Shown: positions 10,042 through 15,869 of the stretch, in pieces
Numbering within the stretch: the stretch's first letter is position 1
How the letters are laid out: each line of letters begins with the position of its first letter
Source of the DNA: Amoeboradix gromovi X-113
Lineage: Eukaryota; Fungi; Sanchytriomycota
Direction of reading: 5' to 3'
Length of the DNA: 15,869 nt
NCBI GenBank assembly: GCA_018985225.1
Contig: JADGIF010000174.1
Span: 1-15,869 of the forward strand
Notes under the pieces: generated by a model
What the model saw: the letters and a program-made list of their open reading frames with translations, nothing else
The model's database searches: none
Told to the model about the DNA's origin: nothing
Position numbers and translations under genes: made by a program

Positions 10042-10562
10042 AATGATGATGTTAATGAGATTCTGAGCTCACAAATTGATGCATTTTGCATTGAAATTGT
10101 TTGCATGATCACTTTGGAAGCATTTTATGATACAACTTAGTTAGATAAATATCAAGACCTGACACTGCATGATGTGCTCCCACAACTTGCGTGTTTGATA
10201 TCTTCGAATGGCTATCTAGATTGAAAAGAAACCCTCGATGACATCAGATTTCAACCATTTTTCAAAGTGCTTATCAAAAATTCAGGTTCTTAATTGCAAA
10301 TCTTATGAAAGATTTCCTCAGCAACAACTAATTTGTTATCGACTTTTCGTTATATTACTGCGCAATTCAGCTTACATATAAAAGCGCATCAATAGGTCCT
10401 TTGCAAACCAATATCCAGTCATTGAATGAAATTAAACACAGCAATAGAGGCAATAATCTTTTTGGATTTGAAGCGCAAGAGGTCGGCATGTTTCTCAATA
10501 TCTTTGACACTTTCGGTCTTGGAAACTCACTTTTGAACGTGAAAAACACATTCAAACATTAG
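10042..10562 (+). pseudogene. Degraded coding remnant, possibly of an RNI-like leucine-rich-repeat protein
   Basis: Protein-like frames are broken by stops and a frameshift (NDDVNEILSSQIDAFCIE...*LDKYQDLTLHDVLPQLACLI...*KETLDDIRFQPFFKVLIKNS). The later segment RGNNLFGFEAQEVG loosely resembles the LRR NxIGxxGA motif. Confidence 0.3.
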
Positions 10563-11001
10563 TACTATACGATCTGATAGAGCTAGCCGCATTGAAGGTG
10601 CTCATTGATATGTAAGTGTAAGATGTTTAGGTAGGTAGTAACAGGTAAATAACGATAAAATAGAATGTTGCATTATTGGAGCATGATAGTGAAATACTAT
10701 CAATGAGGCTACATGCGATTTAAGTAAATAGGGCTTCAGGGCAGATTGCAGACAGGTATCAAAGCTTCTAAATCCAAACACCACTGAATTACACCCGTTG
10801 TTAATAGTAGCACGGATAAAGTACCAGTAAACCGTGATTGTGGAGTAGCAGATTGCAGAAAAAGATCATGGCTTTAGGAAACGCCTTATATGTGAAAGAG
10901 GTTTCTAGCACACCTCAAAAATTCTGCAGAAAAATAATCATCTTAATAATATTAATCAGAGGTTTCTTGAATTCCATAACCTGCAATGAAAACAAACATT
11001 T

Positions 11002-11490
11002 GAGACATCAAATATAAAAACTGGACTAACATTCTGTAACAACTTGAACATTATTTCAGCTTTATTAATTTTATGGATTCAAGAGGCTAGTGGACATTCA
11101 GCTAGTTGCGGAGTTGACGAGTATAAAAGGAAAGTAAATATTCTGTACAGCTATTCTCTTACTCTTTCATCCAATCTTTATTTCAAATAAAATATCACTA
11201 TTACTCTGTAAAAGCTAGAATAGACAAGAGTAATGATGTTAGTATAACATTACAAAACGACTCTAGATAAGAGTACCGTCTAAGAAAATGCACCTTTTGC
11301 TTAGATGCTCAAAGATCTCATATATTTGAACGAGATGCAGGGTCTTCTACTTTTATTTTGAAGAGGGGATTGAAAGTAATGAAAGAAGATTGGTATAATA
11401 GAAGAAGATCTTTTAGTAATGATAGCATTTCCTCAGTATGGAGCACCTCCTTTAAAAACCAGTTAGTCTAGTTTTTATATTTGGTGTCCC
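11002..11490. mobile_element. MITE-like non-autonomous DNA transposon, copy A (489 bp)
   Basis: The 29-bp TIRs have 3 mismatches: 11002-11030 GAGACATCAAATATAAAAACTGGACTAAC versus the reverse complement of 11462-11490, GGGACACCAAATATAAAAACTAGACTAAC. There is no coding capacity, and it is homologous to 15337-15639. Confidence 0.85.
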
Positions 11491-12461
11491 TTGTAGAGAC
11501 TAACATATTTTACTAAAATTCAGTAATTTGTTTGTTTTCTAGTTTCAATTTCAGAGCTGGACATTGCTGATCCAAATTTGCTACTAATTTCTTGCTCTGA
11601 GTAAAACGGCTTTGGCGCTGATCATTTTTTCATCTGTTACTGCATTTTCTTATCGGGTATACTTCTTTGCTTCATTAGGACTGTTCACATCTCGTTAAAG
11701 TCTTGATTTACTAGTATATCAAGAATTACCACAAATTAACTAATAAATCTTTCGGTCAATTATAGCGATCGCTTGAGCTTGTACTACCCTGAGGCGGATT
11801 GAATAAAGATACATATAAGCATAAGCTCCTTGCTGCCATTTGGTCGCCATCCGCTATCCAATAACAGTTTGCGCATCGTGTGTTTGGAATCTAATTGTGG
11901 TTTCCTAAGGTTTAAAGTATTCAGGATCGCTGGACCCATTTAAGTTTGTGTACAAGAAAGTATATCGAGTTTTTTTGCGGGTCAAAAGTCTAGTAAGAGA
12001 GTATACTGGAGCGATATACTCATACAATCACGATAAATGATGTATTCAATTAGATTCGAGAGCAAATATATGAGACCCATTCTGACAAAAAGTCCTCATT
12101 TATATGTAAAAGGAACATCCAGAAACTACACTAGATTACCCATTATTATTAATTCATCATCCTTAAAAATCAGACAGAAAGTGCCCTTGCAAAGAGCAAA
12201 AAAAGATGATATTGAAACACTAGATAGAACAAGGATTATTAAGTCAAAGTTACCACATCCAAACGCATTAACCTACAGTTAAGAGAACATGTGCAAGTAT
12301 ATCATTACATTCAGGCACTATCTATTTTATATCAATTAATATTGGGAAACACAAACAACATCTGAGGACTTCCAAATAACCCAACGCTTCTTAAATGATG
12401 TTCCAAAATGTCTCTTTCAAGACTATCAGCCCAAAGACACTAAAATGAAATTAGTACACGG

Positions 12462-12647
12462 TTGAGAAAAGAAATACTGAAAAGAAGAAAGAGACACAGT
12501 GCATTGATTTTCTGGGTGATGGATATTAGGACAGAATATGAAAATAGTTATCCGTTGAGATATTGCAACTCATACTCAGGTGCTATTAAGCAAAGCTTTT
12601 TTGAAAGAGATGTTGCCAGTGAATACTTCATATTGAAAAAGGCTTGA
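12462..12647 (+). pseudogene. Possible hAT transposase C-terminal dimerisation-domain remnant
   Basis: SALIFWVMDIRTEYE, then (with a frameshift) LSVEIL and SGAIKQSF, echo the hAT pattern (L.FW...R..YP.L...A..IL.IPA.S...ER.FS). The match is weak and was made by eye. Confidence 0.25.
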
Positions 12648-12755
12648 TGGCATGTTATGGGACTGATACATCTTTCCAGGAGGTCCTCCGATTCGGACTT
12701 GGGGACCTTTCTGAAAATTGGGCCCCATAATAGTCACCAGACGGAGATTGACTAT
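12648..12755 (+). other. Extended imperfect hairpin (candidate structured RNA or cis element) upstream of homocitrate synthase
   Basis: The outer stem is TGGC-A-TGTTATGGG (12648-12661) / CCCATAATAGTCA (12724-12736). The inner stem is CAGGAGGTCCTC / GGGGACCTTTCTG. An alternative pairing is ATAGTCA (12730-12736) / TGACTAT (12749-12755). The segment is GC-rich relative to its flanks. Confidence 0.4.
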
Positions 12756-12801
12756 CTTGATTGGGTCTGAGATTTGTCATATTAATAAAAAAAGAAGATG
12801 A

Positions 12802-13989
<1,188 letters not shown>

Positions 13990-14076
13990 AGGTTTTTATT
14001 TCTTATTTTTTCTTGTCAATTTTGTAGGAATGATTTCTACGTGATCCCTGAAACTACCATTTTTTAATTTTTACGA

Positions 14077-14660
14077 ATGGCGGATTTTCAAAGTCAACAA
14101 TACGAAAGGCAATATCAATACATACTGGATCAGCTACATGATGCGTTTGACAAGGCTTATGGATATGACAAAATCGAAACCTTAATCAATGAAGCTAAGG
14201 AAATACAAGCATCATGCAAAATGATAAATCATAAATTGCCTTCTCAACTGAAGCAGTCATTTTTATCATACGAGTCTAGATATCAGGAAATGTCTCGGAA
14301 GCAAACCAGAAATGCGCTTTTAGGAAACCCTGTTGAAGACGAGAAAACATCGCTATTAGGAACGGCTGAACAAGGTAACATGAAACTGCAAAACGCGCAT
14401 GCAGTTGCACTAGATACAGAGCAAGTAGGTATCCAAACCCTGCAAGAACTAAAAAGACAGCGAGAACAATTGCAACATACGCAACAAACCGTAATACTCT
14501 TTTCACTTAGTTACGAACTGCAGACACTTATGTTGATAGAGCGACAAGCAGAGTACGACAAATGACGCAAAGAATGATGGTGAACAAAGTTGTTTCTTTG
14601 GGTGTTGTGATAATGCTTGTAATTTTAATTATTTTGATAATCATATTGAAAATCTCTTAG
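14077..14660 (+). CDS. VTI1: Qb-SNARE Vti1 of 187 aa in two exons (14077-14490, 14511-14660)
   Basis: The N-terminal helical domain is followed by the SNARE motif LQNAHAVALDTEQVGIQTLQELKRQREQL. After removing a 20-nt intron the frame continues LRTADTYVDRATSRVRQMTQRMMVNKVVSLGVVIMLVILIILIIILKIS*. This matches the Vti1 C-terminus and its tail-anchor TM. Confidence 0.93.
14491..14510 (+). other. 20-nt spliceosomal intron GTAATACTCTTTTCACTTAG
   Basis: It has GT...AG ends and a TTCAC branch-like motif abutting TTAG. Its removal is required to obtain the conserved Vti1 SNARE end and transmembrane anchor. Confidence 0.92.
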
Positions 14661-14667
14661 GGTTACG

Positions 14668-14679
14668 AATAAATTTATT
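14668..14679. terminator. Palindromic bidirectional polyadenylation signal AATAAATTTATT
   Basis: A perfect 12-bp palindrome gives AATAAA on both strands in the 26-bp gap between the convergent VTI1 and uL14m stops. Confidence 0.55.
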
Positions 14680-14686
14680 TTTTCAT

Positions 14687-15055
14687 TCATATTGTGTGAG
14701 TAAGCTTGGCGACATCTGGCCATCCACCTTTAAGTTCCTTAGCTATGGCGGAAGTAATTTTATTTCCTACCATTTGCTTCTGGGTGTTTAAAAGTACAAT
14801 TGCATTATCGTCAAATTTAATCCAAGAACCATCTGGTCTCTGCCACTCTTTTCTGGTCCTTACTACAACAGCTCTAGTTACATCACCTCTTTTTACCTTT
14901 AAAGCACTTTTACCGGAAGGACGAACTTGTTGCACAACAACACTGATTTCGTCGCCGATTCGAGCAAAACGACCACTTCTCAAAGTATTTACACACTTGG
15001 CTAATCGAGCACCCGAGTTATCAATTACAGCACAAACAGTTTGCGTTTGTATCAT
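14687..15055 (-). CDS. MRPL38: Mitochondrial ribosomal protein uL14m (122 aa)
   Basis: MIQTQTVCAVIDNSGARLAKC, ARIGDEISVVVQ, VKRGDVTRAVVVRTRK and RPDGSWIKFDDNAIVLLN identify a bacterial-type L14 in a nuclear context. The ATG is at 15055. Confidence 0.93.
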   Translation of the reverse strand: MIQTQTVCAVIDNSGARLAKCVNTLRSGRFARIGDEISVVVQQVRPSGKSALKVKRGDVTRAVVVRTRKEWQRPDGSWIKFDDNAIVLLNTQKQMVGNKITSAIAKELKGGWPDVAKLTHTI

Positions 15056-15336
15056 ATGGAGACGGGAAAAGATTTGGGACACATTCCACAGTTAAGGGCA
15101 ATTGCAGCATATATCCCATACCTCTCAGATGTATTAGAAGAAGTGATTGCATCTGTTTCTGCCAAAGGTATTTTGCCAATCTAGAGTAGATTTTTAACGA
15201 TTTGGTGTTTACTAAACAAAAACTCACTCCTCTCTTAATAAGTACCATAAGTTTGTGGTCGATTGGATATTTGCAGAAACACATGAGTTTCTATCCTTTG
15301 AAAAATCTATGAAAATGATAGCGACATTATACAAAC

Positions 15337-15639
15337 GGGACATGAAATATAAAAACTGGACTGACTTTCTGTAATAGTTTGAATCATTATTTCAAGTGTG
15401 TATTAACCGATAGTAAATTACATTAAATTAATCTGACTGGTTGCACATTTTGCTTAGACACTCAAAGACCTCGTATATCTGAAAGAGACAGTGAGTCATC
15501 TTGTTTATTTTAAAGAGTGGAATGGTATTAATGAAAGAAAATTGGTTTGAAAGAAGGACTTTTATTAATAATAATATTTCCTCCTTATGCGGCACCTACT
15601 TTGAAAACGACTTGATCTAGTTTTTATATTTGGTGCCCC
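15337..15639. mobile_element. MITE-like non-autonomous DNA transposon, copy B (303 bp)
   Basis: The left TIR is GGGACATGAAATATAAAAACTGGA and the reverse complement of the right end is GGGGCACCAAATATAAAAACTAGA (4 mismatches in 24). Internal blocks align with copy A (TTTTGCTTAGA..CTCAAAGA, TAATGAAAGAA, ATTTCCTC, GCACCT). Confidence 0.85.
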
Positions 15640-15869
15640 GGATGGAAAATGAGGATATTCAATAGTTTCAAAGTATGTTATATGGGACATGCAATGACAT
15701 TCTGGCCTCATCGCTTCTTTGAAACACTCCTTAATAAAATCGTATTTAAACAAATCTTGTTTCTGTTTCCTTCAAACATGTATAAAGTCTTAAAAGCGAA
15801 ATATTCAAAAGAATTACTCAATATTCGTTTACCTTTACGTTATGGTGCTAATATAGATGATCCCATTCT

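Noticed and set aside
10120-10140. Potential 21-nt GC-AG intron ending CAACTTAG that would remove one stop in the pseudogene-like frame
   Set aside because: The donor is poor (GCATTT) and further stops remain downstream, so it does not rescue a gene.
10042-10562. Stop-codon reassignment (TAA/TAG to Gln) as an explanation of the interrupted frames
   Set aside because: Conserved genes here end properly at TAG (ATE1, VTI1), TAA (NOP9) and TGA (LYS20, uL14m) and have no internal stops.
12640-12780. Assignment of the hairpin to a known RNA (lysine riboswitch, SRP, RNase MRP, snRNA, 5S)
   Set aside because: Diagnostic motifs are absent or in the wrong order. For example, the minus-strand GAAAGGTCCCC resembles MRP CR-I but no downstream CR-V is seen.
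14687-15055. Bacterial rplN or contamination
   Set aside because: It is isolated from any spc-operon genes and sits among eukaryotic intron-containing genes, so it fits a nucleus-encoded mitochondrial uL14.
15021-15284. 87-aa minus-strand ORF upstream of uL14m, and the 62-aa ORF at 15565-15753
   Set aside because: Neither has recognisable similarity. The first overlaps the uL14m start out of frame, and the second runs through the MITE terminus.

Overview
AT-rich, gene-dense eukaryotic nuclear DNA, most likely from a compact-genome fungus. Homocitrate synthase of the alpha-aminoadipate lysine pathway, ATE1, NOP9, VTI1 and a nucleus-encoded mitoribosomal uL14 are all present, and the genetic code is standard. 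An early-diverging lineage is an inference only. There are eight protein genes: ATE1, a large putatively secreted 823-aa protein, a 341-aa putatively secreted orphan, NOP9, a WD40 protein, homocitrate synthase, VTI1 and mitochondrial uL14. The most striking observation is two ultrashort GT-AG spliceosomal introns (19 and 20 nt), both GTAA...ACTTAG. Splicing them restores the WD40 and VTI1 reading frames. The window also holds two diverged copies of a MITE-like element with 24-29 bp terminal inverted repeats, an extended GU-rich hairpin with an alternative pairing just upstream of the lysine biosynthesis gene, and several degraded pseudogene or transposon-like stretches.
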